A stretch of 63,784 nt of DNA, filler included, from Salisapilia sapeloensis CBS 127946 (GCA_023334545.1; 4 parts of 4 records of this genome joined end to end with filler, not necessarily neighbours in it), one strand, 5' to 3'. Counted from the first letter of the whole stretch, positions 11,023 to 23,477 are shown. The notes: generated by a model not told the origin, from the letters alone. Program-made: numbers and translations.

Positions 11023-14000
11023 TCACTCGACATTCTCGTCGCCATCCTTCTTGCTATCCTCTGGCTCTACAGTCGACGGAGCGACACTAGACGCTTCTAC
11101 TTGTACAGCATCTTCCACGGGAGACTCAGCCTCCACTTCCGTCTCTGTCTGTTTTTCAGCAGCTAAAGGCTCTTGCGTAGCTAAAGGCTCTTCAGTACTT
11201 TCCACAGTCGATGTGCCTAAGTTCACGCCTTCAAACATGGACTCGACATTGGTAGAGGCATCCACATCCGATGAGTGTGCGCTCTTCTGGTCTACAGTCT
11301 CTTCCTCAGCGACTTGAGTGGTCGGTTCAACGTTCGAGGTATCCTCCTGGACATCCTCTGCGTTCACTTCACCTTCCTCTCCATCGTCCTTGAGTGGACT
11401 ATAGGCAGATGAGTTCGTCGGATCCTCATTGTCGTCAGCTGCATGCTCCGACTGATTCACACTTGACGAACTCAAGTTCAGCCCGTCAAACATACTAGAG
11501 TCGGCAGCCGTATCTGACCGATTCACATCCGATGAGCTTAAATTCAGTCCGTCAAACATACTAGTCTCAACTGTTTCGTTCGACTGGTTCACATTGGATG
11601 AGCTCAAGTTTAATCCGTCAAACATGTTACTTGTAGTGTTCTCCGACTCGGAGACATGAGAAGCACTTTGGTTGAGTCCGTCAAACATATTCGACTCTTC
11701 CACATGCTCGGACGGAGCCGCATTCGATGCACTTAGATTCAGTCCATTGAACATGCTGTCTCCAGTAGTCTCCGACTGAGATACACTCGATCCACTCACA
11801 TTTAATCCGTCAAACATGCTGGCATCAGTAGCATCCGTCTGCTTATCTTGAGAAGGATGGGACAACGCCATCTTCTCACTCTCCCCACCACCTTCACTCT
11901 CTAGCAACTCTTCCACCTTGGAAGAGTCCAAATCTTCCTGCGTATCCTCTTCTTTCTCCACACTGGATGCACTCCTACTCAACCCTTCCACACTCTCTTT
12001 GTGAACACTCGAAGAGCTCACGTTCAACCCGTCAAACATACCTCCACCAACCTCCTCTGTCACCTTATCCTCCTCCACTCCATCCTTCTTGTCCTTGAGA
12101 CTCTGCAGCACTTGGTCCAGTCTTGCCGCGCGTTCATAATCCTCCTGCGCCGTGGCTTCTTCAATCGCCTTCTCAAGTTCCTCTACACTCTCCGGGATCT
12201 CCTCCTCCTCCTCTTCCTCCACCTCGACATCCGCCTTCTCCACACCGTACAACGTCGTGAGCTCCTCCATCTCTTGCGCACAAGTCTTCTCCTCCGTCTC
12301 GAGCAGCAACAAGGCGCTCTTTTTCAATTCAGCATCCGCCCTCTCGACCTTGTTCTTTCCCTTTACCACTTCGGCCATGAGCTCTGCCAACAGGCCCATC
12401 GTTTCCCCCGCCACCTTCTTCTTGACACTCTCCACCTGACGCTGCTTTTCTTCCGTCTCCACCTTCTTCTTCCCGAGCTTATCCTGTGCATCCTCAAGCT
12501 CCATACGCGTACTTTCGACAGCTTCCTCTGCATTCTCTTTGTCCTTTTCCAAAGCCTTAATGTCCTTGGACAGCTTTGCCGCTTCCTTAAACTGACGATT
12601 CGCAGCAGCCTGCTTCTTCTCCTCTTCTAGAGGAGGAAGCATGGACGTAGCAGACGCGATGGCGTTCTCATGCACTTGCAACTGCCGCTTCATCTCCTCC
12701 ATCTGATGTAGTAAGAGACGCTCGCTCTGCTGCGCAGCCTGCAGTTCTTCATCCGCCATACTCGTCCGCGTCGACTGCGTCTTCTTCTTCGCTCGTACCT
12801 TAGACTTCTTCTCCTCCACCTTCTCCAATACGGTGGAAAGCAACGTTCCGACGTCCAGTTCTCGACGAATCTGATGCACAAGTGTCTTGACGTCGTCCTT
12901 TTGACTCTCAAACGAGTCCAACTTGGCACTAAACTCCTCTTGCTGACGCTCGAGACACGCCAAGTCGTCCTCCACTTCCTTCTGCGCTTTACGTAAGCTC
13001 TGCTCTCGATCCTGCAGACGCTGGAGCTGACGAGCATATCGACTACGGACAGAGTCAATCTCGTGCTCTGCGGCGTCCAACTTGACTTGCAAAGCGTCCT
13101 TGATCTCCATCTTCTCATGCAACTGTCGCTCGAGTTCTGCAATCTCGTCGTTCACGACGTCCATCTCCTCTTGCACTTGATTCCTCTCCTTCACTTCGTC
13201 TTCACACTGCGACTCGATCGTGTCTTGGATCTCCTTTTGCTCTCCACCGAGCTGCTCCAAATTGTCCTGCACGTGCGACATTTCGCCTTCCACGCGCTTC
13301 CGTTCGTCTTCCATACGCTGCCGCTCTTTATTATCGTACTCTTTCTGCTGCTTACTCAAACTCTGTTCCGACTCGACTTGCTCCTCCTGGAGCTTCTCCA
13401 ACAAACGTAATGTGCCTCGAGCAGACCGCAGTTGCGTCGCAAACAGTTTCTCCTGGTTCTTCCCACTCGACATGGCTTCGTTTTCCGCTTGACGGAGGTC
13501 GCTCTCGGCCAACGTGACGCGATGGCGTGCACTCCCGAGACTCGAGTCGATCGCATCAGCCTTTTCAAAGTCTTCTTGCTCCACAGCCTGTTGCTGCTGC
13601 GCCTCCAGCTGCTTGACGTCCATCTCCAATTGACTCAACTGGTCCTTTAGCTGCACGCGACGCTCTTCCAGACTGTTCTCCTCTCGCACAGCCTCTTCGG
13701 CTTTTTCCCGAAAGCTCATGGCGCCGTCGTAAAAGTCCGTTAGAGCAGCTTGGAGACGATCTTGAGGTGTCGTCACGACCTTTTCCTGCTTGCGAACGAC
13801 TGGTGCGTGCTCCTCTTGCTTTGGCGTAGACGAACGCTTCTCCATGACTGGAGAGGCCGCTTGTCGAGGTTCAGGAGACTGCTGACGTAGTTGGAGACCA
13901 GCCAAGACGCCAGAAGAGTGCTGAGGAGACTTTTTGTCATGAACAGTGAGTCCAGCCAGAACAGAGCTCTTCTGCTGCTCTACATCCGCGTCTTTTGCTT

Positions 14001-14739
14001 GGGTTACGGGAGGCAGGAGGTGGGCGAGGTCTGTAGCAGACGACGCTTTCGCACTTGTGTCAGAGCCGTTGCCGAGCGATGACTGTCGACCACTGTATCT
14101 CTGCTGGAGCTCCTCTTCGTCAATCTCGCCTCGCTGCAGAGCGGCTGCTGTTTCATCCGACAGCTCTCGCCCGAAACCAGGTCGGAAGGTCTTTTTCTTT
14201 CGCTTCACACGACTGTTTTGACGAGATACAGGACGATTCATCGGTTCAGAGCTATTGACACGCATGGAAGCTGCACGAGGATCATCCTGCTGTATCTTGT
14301 CCATGTAATTATAGGACGGATGTGTGCCCAATGATTTCCGTCGCTGCTCTGGATTCGAAGGTGCAGCAGGCGGCATTGCTGGAGGAGCGTTATTCGTAGG
14401 AGCCGTGGCGTTTACAGAGAGACCAGTGAATAAGCTGCCGCTCGTGTCGGCAGAGGGAGGAGCTGCGTACGAAGGCTGTTTCAATGACATACCGCCAAAC
14501 ATATCTCCCGACTGGTTCACCGGGGCACTTTCCCTAGAACTAGTAGACTCGGGTTCAATTGGAGCACTCGGGTACGCCGGTGGTGGATTATTCGTTGGTG
14601 GGAGGTTGAAGAAGCCGCCTCCTTGTGCACCTCCTCCTGCATCACCTGTGGCCGCAGTCGAGTCGTCTCCACCAGAGGCGTGTGGGGCCGGAGGTCCACT
14701 CTTTTGGCCTTCCTTGTTCTTGAAGAAGCGGCCGAACAT
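11023..14739 (-). CDS. Large coiled-coil protein with UVR-like motifs and repeated [SNG]-[ML]-F-x-G-[LMV]-x-[LV] motifs
   Basis: ATG at 14739 (the track's start at 14769 is TTG). Long heptad region; UVR-like AVEQEDFEKADAI and ATAQEDYERAARL; about 10 MFDGLNL-type motifs. Confidence 0.85.
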   Translation of the reverse strand: MFGRFFKNKEGQKSGPPAPHASGGDDSTAATGDAGGGAQGGGFFNLPPTNNPPPAYPSAPIEPESTSSRESAPVNQSGDMFGGMSLKQPSYAAPPSADTSGSLFTGLSVNATAPTNNAPPAMPPAAPSNPEQRRKSLGTHPSYNYMDKIQQDDPRAASMRVNSSEPMNRPVSRQNSRVKRKKKTFRPGFGRELSDETAAALQRGEIDEEELQQRYSGRQSSLGNGSDTSAKASSATDLAHLLPPVTQAKDADVEQQKSSVLAGLTVHDKKSPQHSSGVLAGLQLRQQSPEPRQAASPVMEKRSSTPKQEEHAPVVRKQEKVVTTPQDRLQAALTDFYDGAMSFREKAEEAVREENSLEERRVQLKDQLSQLEMDVKQLEAQQQQAVEQEDFEKADAIDSSLGSARHRVTLAESDLRQAENEAMSSGKNQEKLFATQLRSARGTLRLLEKLQEEQVESEQSLSKQQKEYDNKERQRMEDERKRVEGEMSHVQDNLEQLGGEQKEIQDTIESQCEDEVKERNQVQEEMDVVNDEIAELERQLHEKMEIKDALQVKLDAAEHEIDSVRSRYARQLQRLQDREQSLRKAQKEVEDDLACLERQQEEFSAKLDSFESQKDDVKTLVHQIRRELDVGTLLSTVLEKVEEKKSKVRAKKKTQSTRTSMADEELQAAQQSERLLLHQMEEMKRQLQVHENAIASATSMLPPLEEEKKQAAANRQFKEAAKLSKDIKALEKDKENAEEAVESTRMELEDAQDKLGKKKVETEEKQRQVESVKKKVAGETMGLLAELMAEVVKGKNKVERADAELKKSALLLLETEEKTCAQEMEELTTLYGVEKADVEVEEEEEEEIPESVEELEKAIEEATAQEDYERAARLDQVLQSLKDKKDGVEEDKVTEEVGGGMFDGLNVSSSSVHKESVEGLSRSASSVEKEEDTQEDLDSSKVEELLESEGGGESEKMALSHPSQDKQTDATDASMFDGLNVSGSSVSQSETTGDSMFNGLNLSASNAAPSEHVEESNMFDGLNQSASHVSESENTTSNMFDGLNLSSSNVNQSNETVETSMFDGLNLSSSDVNRSDTAADSSMFDGLNLSSSSVNQSEHAADDNEDPTNSSAYSPLKDDGEEGEVNAEDVQEDTSNVEPTTQVAEEETVDQKSAHSSDVDASTNVESMFEGVNLGTSTVESTEEPLATQEPLAAEKQTETEVEAESPVEDAVQVEASSVAPSTVEPEDSKKDGDENVE

Positions 14740-14962
14740 GGTACTCGGAGGAGGAAGGCGGGATCTCAATCGACCGCCTGCTCCGACACGTTGATTTAAA
14801 TTGTCGTTCTTTCCGAGGAGCGTTCCGTTTTAATCGGTCTTATTCTCTCTTCCTTTCAATCTTGAATACATTTAATATTACGATATTGAGAAGCGTTACC
14901 CGAAGGTTTCGAGAAGGTCGTCTGGCATCTCTGGTTGGTATCGAATTGGCACAATTGATACG

Positions 14963-15370
14963 ATGATGAACCACTTGCGCCGCGTTATGGGCGGCTCGCT
15001 GCGCGCACAGGCGTCGGCGATGCCGAGGAGAGGGCTGGAAGAGTTCTTCCCGACGCAGACGGCTGCCCAGCAATCGGGTGAACAAGGCGCGGACCAGCCG
15101 GCTGCGCCAGGCACGCGTAAAGTCGAGACCGGTGGCGACTGGAAGGCTTGGATGCTCCGACAAAAGAGCACGGATGATCTGCACAAACTCTGGTACGTGC
15201 TGTTGAAAGAACGCAATGCGTTGAACACGGAGCGCCAGAGCTGTCGTACGCAGAACATTTCGATGCCGAATCCCGAGCGTCGGACGAAAGTGAAGAAGAG
15301 CATGGCGAGACTCAAGCTCGTGCTGCATGAGCGTAGCCAGATTTACAAGGCGAAACAGAACCAGTCCTAG
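14963..15370 (+). CDS. MRPL47: Mitochondrial ribosomal protein L47 (uL29m)
   Basis: WKAWMLRQKSTDDLHKLWYVLLKERNAL...NPERRTKVKKSMARLKLVLHER, preceded by an Arg-rich presequence. Confidence 0.93.
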   Translation: MMNHLRRVMGGSLRAQASAMPRRGLEEFFPTQTAAQQSGEQGADQPAAPGTRKVETGGDWKAWMLRQKSTDDLHKLWYVLLKERNALNTERQSCRTQNISMPNPERRTKVKKSMARLKLVLHERSQIYKAKQNQS

Positions 15371-15545
15371 ATAATCCAATAAGAACAGCCAGAGAACCCT
15401 TTGGAGTCCTACTCTAGTCGTTCACTAACGCGTACCTATGGTAATCTACAGATCCAACTACTCTTCCTGCATGAGCTACAATCAGATACCGTCTTAAAGG
15501 ACATTGAAGAGGCAATTGGGATGCGCAAACGTAAAATGTATTGAT

Positions 15546-18500
15546 CTAGTTCTGAAGGAGTTCCTCGACGAATTCATAGAAAGCAAACTCCGGGGCAGTC
15601 TGGCCCACGCGGTAGATGAACTTGCTCGCTAGTTGCGACGCGAAGAACGAACGAGTGTAGCTCTCCGGCAGGCGTTCCATCAGCGTCTCGAGACTGACCT
15701 TTTCCAGCAGCGTCTTGGGCATACCGTCCTTCATGACCTTCTCCCGTAGCTGTTGGTTCGTCCACAGCTTCGAGTCTTGGATTTTGACACTAAGCTCCGT
15801 AATCCGTTCGCTCAATTGGTCACTCAGCTTGCAGTAGTAGGCACCCGTGCGCTCATGTTCTCTCCAGATACAGTCAAACTCCATTTCGGCCTTTTCGTCA
15901 ATGCGTGCCTGCACTTCCTCGACGTACGCAGCGTAGAACGGTGGGCGCGTGCCAGTGGTCTCATCCACGGCCATGTGCTCTCCAAACTCTTCGTCGTTCA
16001 TACCGAGAGCAGCAAGCACTTCCAACGAAGAGCTCGTGACGCCACCCTTGTTGGCAGACGCGTCCTTGAAGAGCACGACGCCAGCGTCTTCCAGTCGCAA
16101 GCGAGCGTCCTGCGTGAAGAACAGGTTGGCGCCTTCGACAATGTACTTGAATCGCAGCGTCTTGCCGTCCTCCTGGTACATGAACTTGTCCACGTTGCTC
16201 AAGTTAACGGCAGCAGGACGTCCACCGCACGGCACGAAGAAATCGGCCGACAATGACTGACGAAGGTGGAACAAGTTGCGGAACTCGGTACCGTTTTCCA
16301 CGACGTCTCCGTTTGGCAGCGTCACATTATGCTGCGAGACGAGGACAGCGTACCCATCCTTGTTCAGTTTCGTCATGTCAAAGTTCTCGATCGGCTTACG
16401 CTCCTTGGCTAAACCCAGGAGGCAAGTGCGATCGATTCCATTAGCATCATACAAGACGCCACTGCCATCGACGATGGCAATCGTGTTCTCTCCTTCGCTC
16501 ATGATGATCTCATTCGACCCGAGGTCTCCATCTGGACCACCCGTCTGGACCTTTGTAATCGGTCGATCCTTTCCAAGCTCGAGCTTCCTCTGGATGCCAG
16601 TGACGTACTGTCGGACGCTATGCGTCGTCATGCCATACACGTCATGCGGGATGCCACCTCTGCTGGCCGACTTGCCAGTGGTGATAGCCTTCCAATAGCT
16701 GTATCCTCTGTGCTTGGCATATGTGGATGCCCAGTCCATCAAATGCGCCGTACCTTCATCCGGACCGAGGAACAAAATGTCTTCTTCCACACCGTCTCCA
16801 TTCATGAGCATAATGTCCATGAGTGCATCAATGTACTTACGGAAAGCAACTTCGGCTTTGTCCTGGTGCTTTTCATTCAAGAGAATGACACCCTTGGATC
16901 CACCTTCAGGAATGTCCTTGTTCTTCCGGTGCTGCGTCGATGCCAAGTTGTAGCACTCGTCAAAGAGAGACGAAGCGTTGTTCAGATACACTTGGGCATG
17001 GGACGATCGGATCATACGAATACCACCTCGAGAAATATTGAGGAATCGGACGTGGAAACCTCGGAATTCGGATCCGATGACAAAGATCACAGCGTACGGC
17101 TTCTCCGGGAACTCGGTGCCCGACAGGAATTCTCCATCAAGACGGAAGGAGAGAGCAGCCTTGTCTTGCATGAAGAAGTTGGTCTTCTTGATGTGGATGT
17201 TGAACTTGTGGAACATGGCAAAGATCGCCAGCGTCTGCTCCGCCACGACTGTCTTCTTCAGCCTCGACAGCATATTCTCCTGCTCGTCGCTCTTCCTGCC
17301 ACACGGAGCATGGAGCTCCTGGAATTCATCGTACAGCATCTTGACGACATTCGCAGACGACAGAATGTGGTCTAGAATCTGCGACTCGGTGTACGTATTC
17401 AGCTTCATCGTCGCTCGGAGTTCATCTAGACGAGCAAAAGCAGACGGATCACGCTCTCGAAGGGAGTTAGCGACGATCGTATAGGCTTCAGGAAGACGGT
17501 GCATGAAGTGGAAGGTGAACTTCCATGCAGCGTACGCATACGAAATCTCTTGCGGAGATAGACGGTTTTCCGTTAGCATTGGCGTCAGCGACGTACGAGG
17601 CAGGACAAAGTGGAGACTTGCATCATCCACCACTGCTTCCAGTCGCTCTTCGAACGTACCACTGCCTTTGGGCGATTGGTTGAGTTGCTGCAGATAGAAG
17701 CCGTAGATGACCACGCCATTCGAGAGGTGCTCAGCGTACTTTCTACTACTAAAGAGTCCGTGCTGACGGTAGACATCAGCAATAGACGAGAAGTAGCTAT
17801 GAGTGGCGCCATTACGGTAGGCGATGGTGAGGCGAGCCATCTTCGATCCATCCGGCTCAGACCATACTTCGGTGTGGAAGGAAGGCGTGAGCTGGTCGAG
17901 AGCAGTGATCATGCATTTCTGGTACACTTCCTTCAGTCGATCGCCAGCACGTGATAAAAACACTTTGTCCGCGACTTGGTTAATGTCTCGTGCCTGAGAC
18001 TCGTCCGGATTCGGATTTACATAGTCCGGTTCTTGTAAAAAGTACATGCGCATGTGGGATGGCACGACCTCTGGGTCCAATACACCAGTCGAGCGATAGC
18101 ACTGGAGACGATATGTGCGTCCTTTCGAGCTCTCCGCTTCTTCCAAGTGCTGGTATCCGTTCTTCACGCCATCGCCAATAAACTCGACCGAGCCACTGAG
18201 ATAATGACGCTCGAGACGTTGCTCTAACTTTTCCACTTCCGTCGGACCCTTGTTCTTCTTGTTTTCACGATGGTGAGTCTTCACTTCACCCTGGACATTT
18301 GATCGCACAGCAAAGAAAGCTGATTTGGCAGATTCTTGCTCCAGCTTGGCGTCCATCGGCTCACCACTTGCGATGGACGTGAGTTTGGCCGCGATGAGGC
18401 TCTGGAGATGTTGCGCAATGACGCTGGCAGATTGACCAGAAAAGTAAAAGTCGTGCAGACCGAGCGGACCGTAGAAGTACTCGATCTCCTTGTGGATCAT

Positions 18501-18679
18501 GTCGTCATTAAACATTTGCGTTGCTTTGATGAGGTTCTTGACTTCCTCCATCTACATGTCTAAAGGTCAGATTCGATGTATACGTGGAAGAAAGTGGATC
18601 ATACCTGACTATCGAGGTCGATGCTGCGGTTTTTAGCAATCTCCATGGAATGCGAGCGCTTGATTTGAGGCATTTCCAT
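15546..18679 (-). CDS. GDH2: NAD-specific glutamate dehydrogenase (large type), 2 exons (18605-18679, 15546-18551)
   Basis: Motifs SRGGIR, KNKDIPEGGSKG, LFLGPDEGTA, QTGGPDGDLGSNEI, IVEGANLF, DASANKGGVTSSSLEV. A 53-nt GT-AG intron (18552-18604) adds MEMPQIKRSHSMEIAKNRSIDLDSQ. Confidence 0.95.
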
Positions 18680-18733
18680 CGTTAAATGAGTTGGGATGCA
18701 GTATCTTGTCGTGGCGGGTACTGCTGAAGGAGT

Positions 18734-18749
18734 GAAATTAAGAATGAGC
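18734..18749 (-). promoter_or_regulatory. Oomycete Inr+FPR core promoter of GDH
   Basis: GCTCATTCTTAATTTC, 55 nt upstream of the ATG at 18679. Confidence 0.7.
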
Positions 18750-21055
18750 TGCTCGAAACGGACAACGGATCATTGGGACTTTCCATGAGAAAAAGTTTGA
18801 AACCTCCGGACCAGGATTCAAGTTCAACTGCATGCCGTTTGAATCTACCACGCATCTATCATCCACCACTTCCTCCGCCATACGAACCTCAGAAATCCAA
18901 TGACAGGCGAACGTACCTGTGACAATCCCATCGACGCGTGGTACGTGTGGGTACTACTCTATTTTTGAACTTTTAACGCAATTTTAAGCAATCATTAGGC
19001 GCAATTCACCCGTAAATGAACAGGCGCTACAAAAAGTTCAATGTTGAAGCAGGGGGTATGACGCGGCCGCGTAGGTGCTGACAGTGTGCACTGAGACGTA
19101 GACTTGAAGTCTAAACAGCGATTAACATAGTCACTTGCCGTATCTTTCTGGTAGGAGTAGCGTGGTGGATGGAGAGTACGATAACCACGCTACCAGGAAA
19201 AGGATATGTACATGGTTTACAAGTGCAAGAGCATCAAGATCGCTTAATGGGTTCCTTCATATTGCTCATGGATATGGCTGGGTTACCAATGTCGAAAGAG
19301 GCATGCTTGATCGCGACGAAGACTGCTCCTGCATGCACCTGCCGCTCACATGCAGCAAGGCACTGGTAGCTCTCACAATTCAACAATTCTTATCCATACT
19401 AGTTGGTTGCGCAAACTTTATGCTTAAAGATTCGGACGGATGACCGCGCTCTGCCCACGCATGGGTGCCAACGGATGCATTCATGGAGGTTAATATGCGA
19501 CTCTTTACCGTGGTCAGTCAGTGGATGTAATGGACACCACATAGAGCATAGCTGTCGTCCATATTCAAGTTCATGGCATTCGTGCCGGTGAGGATGGCTT
19601 GTGGCTATACCAACGCTACCTTTTACGACATGTCCATCGCTCGGCCGGCACAACACTCCTTCTAGATTGAAAAAGAAAACTGTAAAGCGTTGAAGAGAAG
19701 CAGACATTTGAGTAAAAGTATACGCTTATGGTCGCAGGCTCTTATGGCAACCAAGGCTACATCAAGGTATACATTCTTGTCAGGATATTTAATGCCAAGA
19801 ACGTAATCCAATGCTCGAAAATGACTACAACCTATCCGTCGACCGGTCAGCAAATTAGCTATGTAGGTAGCAGATTTCTTTGTAGAAATCACAGAGCACG
19901 CGCCGTTGTTACTCCTACATGGCGTCGCCTCGTTACAGCGCTGTCATATGAGATTTCTGCGTAGCGATGCTCTGTGGTAGTTCTTGCCACATTTTCCGAT
20001 TCATCTTATTCTGCTGTGTATATGTCTCCTTTTGCTCAGCACGAATCTTCTACAGATCAACACGTATCTCGTCTTGGTCATTACTCATCTCACCCTGCAG
20101 AGCACATATTTTGTCCAGTTGGGTATTTTCTTCTCCGGTTGAGAATGCATCTCGCCCAGTTGACTGTGCATGTTCTAAGTCGACCGGCACGAAATCTTGA
20201 TTAGCGCCAGTATCAATTATGAGTGTTCAGGTTGAGCTACATTAGCTTTACATGAAACTATAATAATTCCATTACCCTTTTCCACTCTGATGCCATCGAT
20301 AGGTTATTCAGATGGTCAAGACGCGGGGTCAAAGATGATGTGACAGTTCCCATTGCCGTCGCAGTGTACCCGATATTGCTGTGGGCATAACGATTTCTAT
20401 AGAAATATGGTAGGAGGCATGTCCATTCTTGCTTTCTTCATTCGGCTCGTTATCACCAGAATGACATTGCCCACGAGCATACTTCACAGTACGCTTCTCA
20501 TTGTCGTTAACGCTGTCGCTTTTATCTTCGTTGAATGCGGACGAGCCAAGAGCTTGGTGGTCCTTCGTGAGCAGGTTGAGAAGTGAAGAATGCCAAAATT
20601 TGCACTTGGTAGTTGGAAACCCAGTGCCAATGAAGTCACTTTCCAAATTACTTGAAGTAGCGAAACTAATAATAGAAGGAAGGCATTCATTTGAGTCTTT
20701 TTGATCGATATCTGTAGCTCTCGAGAGCAAAACAAACCATGAAGATTGTCGCTTTACTCCTTGTAAATGAACATATTTCTACCCTCTTCCGCCTCAAATC
20801 TAGGTTTCCACAACTCCCAAGTTTCTTGTTGCAAAAGTTTATGTAGAGATGCGTTTACCTATGACTTTACATCTAGAGCCCTCCTCCAATAAACTACTAT
20901 TCCGGCCCACTTCCGAATCACTGACATCGACTTCTATATGAATAACATACCGAGAATCATGCTTTTAAAATACTAAATCTACATATCAGCGTAACAACAA
21001 TAAAGTCGGAATTCCGTGATGGTTGTATTCCCTTTCAATCTTCTTGTCAAAAAGC

Positions 21056-22603
21056 TCACAATATCATCTTGAGCGGATCCTCGACCAGTTGCTTAAAGGC
21101 AGCCATCCATTCCGCACCGACGGCACCGTCCACGACACGGTGGTCCAGCGCCAATGTCGCGTTCATGACGTGCGCATACTTGTAGATCTGCGTCGCATTC
21201 GGGTCCTCATTCGGCACAACCTTCTTGTTGATCGTGCCGAGACCGAGGAATCCAGCCTGGTCTTTGCTCACAATGCCCTGGAGACTACGCACGTCGAACA
21301 TGCCGACGTTGCTCACGGTAAACGTACCCTTCGACACCTCGACGTTGCCTTCCTGCGCCTGACCCATGATCTCACGCACGCGCTCGTTGATTTCAGCTAG
21401 TCCCTTGCGATTCACCTGGCCAATGACAGGCGCCACGATACCTCCGTCCGTCGTGGACACCATCAAATTGACATTGCAGTCGTGGTACTGTCGAATAAAT
21501 GTTCCTTGCCAGCTAGCGTTCGCGCTCGGCACAGTCTTCATGGCCAAGGAAGCAGCTCGGATCATAAAGTCGTTCACAGACAGCTGCTCGTCTTCTCCAC
21601 GGCCAGCGTTCAGCTGCTTGCGAGCCTGCAGCACCTTGTCCATGTGCAAATCGACGGACAGGTGGTAGTGAGGGACTTGCTGCTTCTGCTGCGCCAACTC
21701 CGAAGCCCAGGCCTGAGCCTCGTTGCTCACAGGGTAGTCCGTGTACGCACCAGAGGCAGACGGAGAGGCGGCGGCAGGAGCAGTTTCAGCAGAGGATTGC
21801 GCCTCGGCCGAAGCCTGACCGTTCTTCAACGCTTCCTCCACGTCCGCTCGGACGATGCGGCCACGAGGACCACTGCCGTTAATGGCAGAGAGCACAGCAC
21901 CGGATTCACGCGCAATTTTACGAGCGAGCGGACTGGCAAAGACGCGGTCTCCGTCGTTGCGAGAGGCCTGGGGAGTGGGCTGAGGAGCAGATTTTGGCTG
22001 TTCAGGCTCTTGCTTGGGAGCCTCCTGTTTCGGCGCTACATCTTGCTTGGGCGCTTCACTGCTCTTGGACTCTTCAATGGAAAAGTCCTTGAAAGCCGAG
22101 ACGCTGTCTTCATCCGCGACCGTCACACAGATCGGTTCGCCGATTTGAATGTCGGAAGAGCCCTCGGGCTTGAGGATTTTCGCCAATACGAATTCGTCCT
22201 GCGCTTCAAAGTCCATGACAGCTTTGTCCGTTTCCACTTGGCACAAAACATCGCCAGGGTTGATCTGATCGCCCTCCTTCTTGTTCCACTGGGCAATCGT
22301 TCCCGTCTCCATCGTCTATCGCATGACCCAATAAGACACCCACATCGAGTTGATGTTGCAATATGCAACTTCTGTACATCTATTTGAATAGAATACGTAC
22401 AGGAGAGAGTGCTGGCAAGCCAACGACCTCATGGTCCGGATACGAGCTAAAGCATCGCATCGCAGTCGAAGACTGGAATGTGCTGCGCACACGCGCCATT
22501 GCGCTGCGGTGACGTAGAATCTGTATGCAGTCCCATGCGTGAGCACTTTTGAAAGTGTTAAAATGGGTATCAGAGAAGTCGAGCACACCTGTAGACGCTG
22601 CAT
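21056..22603 (-). CDS. DLAT: Pyruvate dehydrogenase E2 (dihydrolipoamide acetyltransferase), 3 exons (22589-22603, 22401-22520, 21056-22315)
   Basis: PALSP/TMETG split by intron 22316-22400; lipoyl motif VETDKA; E3-binding ASPLARKIA...GSGPRGRI; catalytic DHRVVDG. The first 15-nt exon is less certain. Confidence 0.93.
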
Positions 22604-22889
22604 CCTCCCTTCTCAATCAATCGCTCAAGCGAAATGTGTGGCTTGGAGAATCACACAGATCGGCACCAAGCAGAAACTGCGCATACAAACCTGCAGTCAC
22701 TTTTTCTCATTAAAATATGCCCATACTACAGCTTTTTACTATGCTACTCAGCCCAAAATACCACATGTGCACGACCGTCGATGCAGAGCATGATCCGTAT
22801 TAATGTGTTTTTTATAAATATAATAAAACGGGACGCGCTTCCTGGACCTCAAATTGAGCGATTCCGACGGTCTCAAGTACTTGTGAAGC

Positions 22890-23477
22890 ATGTCTGGGAA
22901 GAACGCCTGGAAGCCTTTTAAGCCTACGCGCCTGCAGGACGTGCTTCCTGAGAAGTGGAACAAGCGTCTGCGTGAAATCTTCGTCTTCACGGACGCCACG
23001 GGCGCCACGGAGCCGAACCAAATGCCGCCGGCTCGCGAGTATCGATACCCGTCTCCGGACGACCAACCAGAGGCACACGTACCGTCTGAAGACTCTAAAG
23101 ACATAGTGTACAACACCCAATACTACACGCGTGACATTCGACGCATGCACTTCCCTCTTCGCGTGGAAAACCACCCGACGATCGAGACCAAGCAGCGTCC
23201 TCAGCTGCCGGCGGATGCCAAAATGGGTTCCCCTGGACGTGACAATCCTGCTGTGTACAGGTACGACCCCACAGGCACGCGTTCGGCCATGACAGCGACC
23301 CACGAAGCTCGTGACCGACTGATCCTGCAGCACATGTCGAGTCAGGTCGTGCGCATGGAATGGGAGGGAGAAGAGGAGAAGATCTTGAAAGAGTGTGAAG
23401 AGAAGGGCATTCCACCAGTGCCAGGTCGCCCGATGGCATTCGAGTACCCGGAAAAAGCCTTCAAGAAAGCGTGGTAG
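22890..23477 (+). CDS. Probable complex I accessory subunit, NDUFA7/B14.5a-like
   Basis: 195 aa; EYRYPSP...VPS...IVYNTQYYTRDIRR resembles the motif I recall for this family; head-to-head with PDH E2. Confidence 0.55.
   Translation: MSGKNAWKPFKPTRLQDVLPEKWNKRLREIFVFTDATGATEPNQMPPAREYRYPSPDDQPEAHVPSEDSKDIVYNTQYYTRDIRRMHFPLRVENHPTIETKQRPQLPADAKMGSPGRDNPAVYRYDPTGTRSAMTATHEARDRLILQHMSSQVVRMEWEGEEEKILKECEEKGIPPVPGRPMAFEYPEKAFKKAW

Noticed and set aside
12001-17954. Long antisense ORFs over the coiled-coil gene and GDH
   Set aside because: Expected shadows of codon bias opposite real genes.
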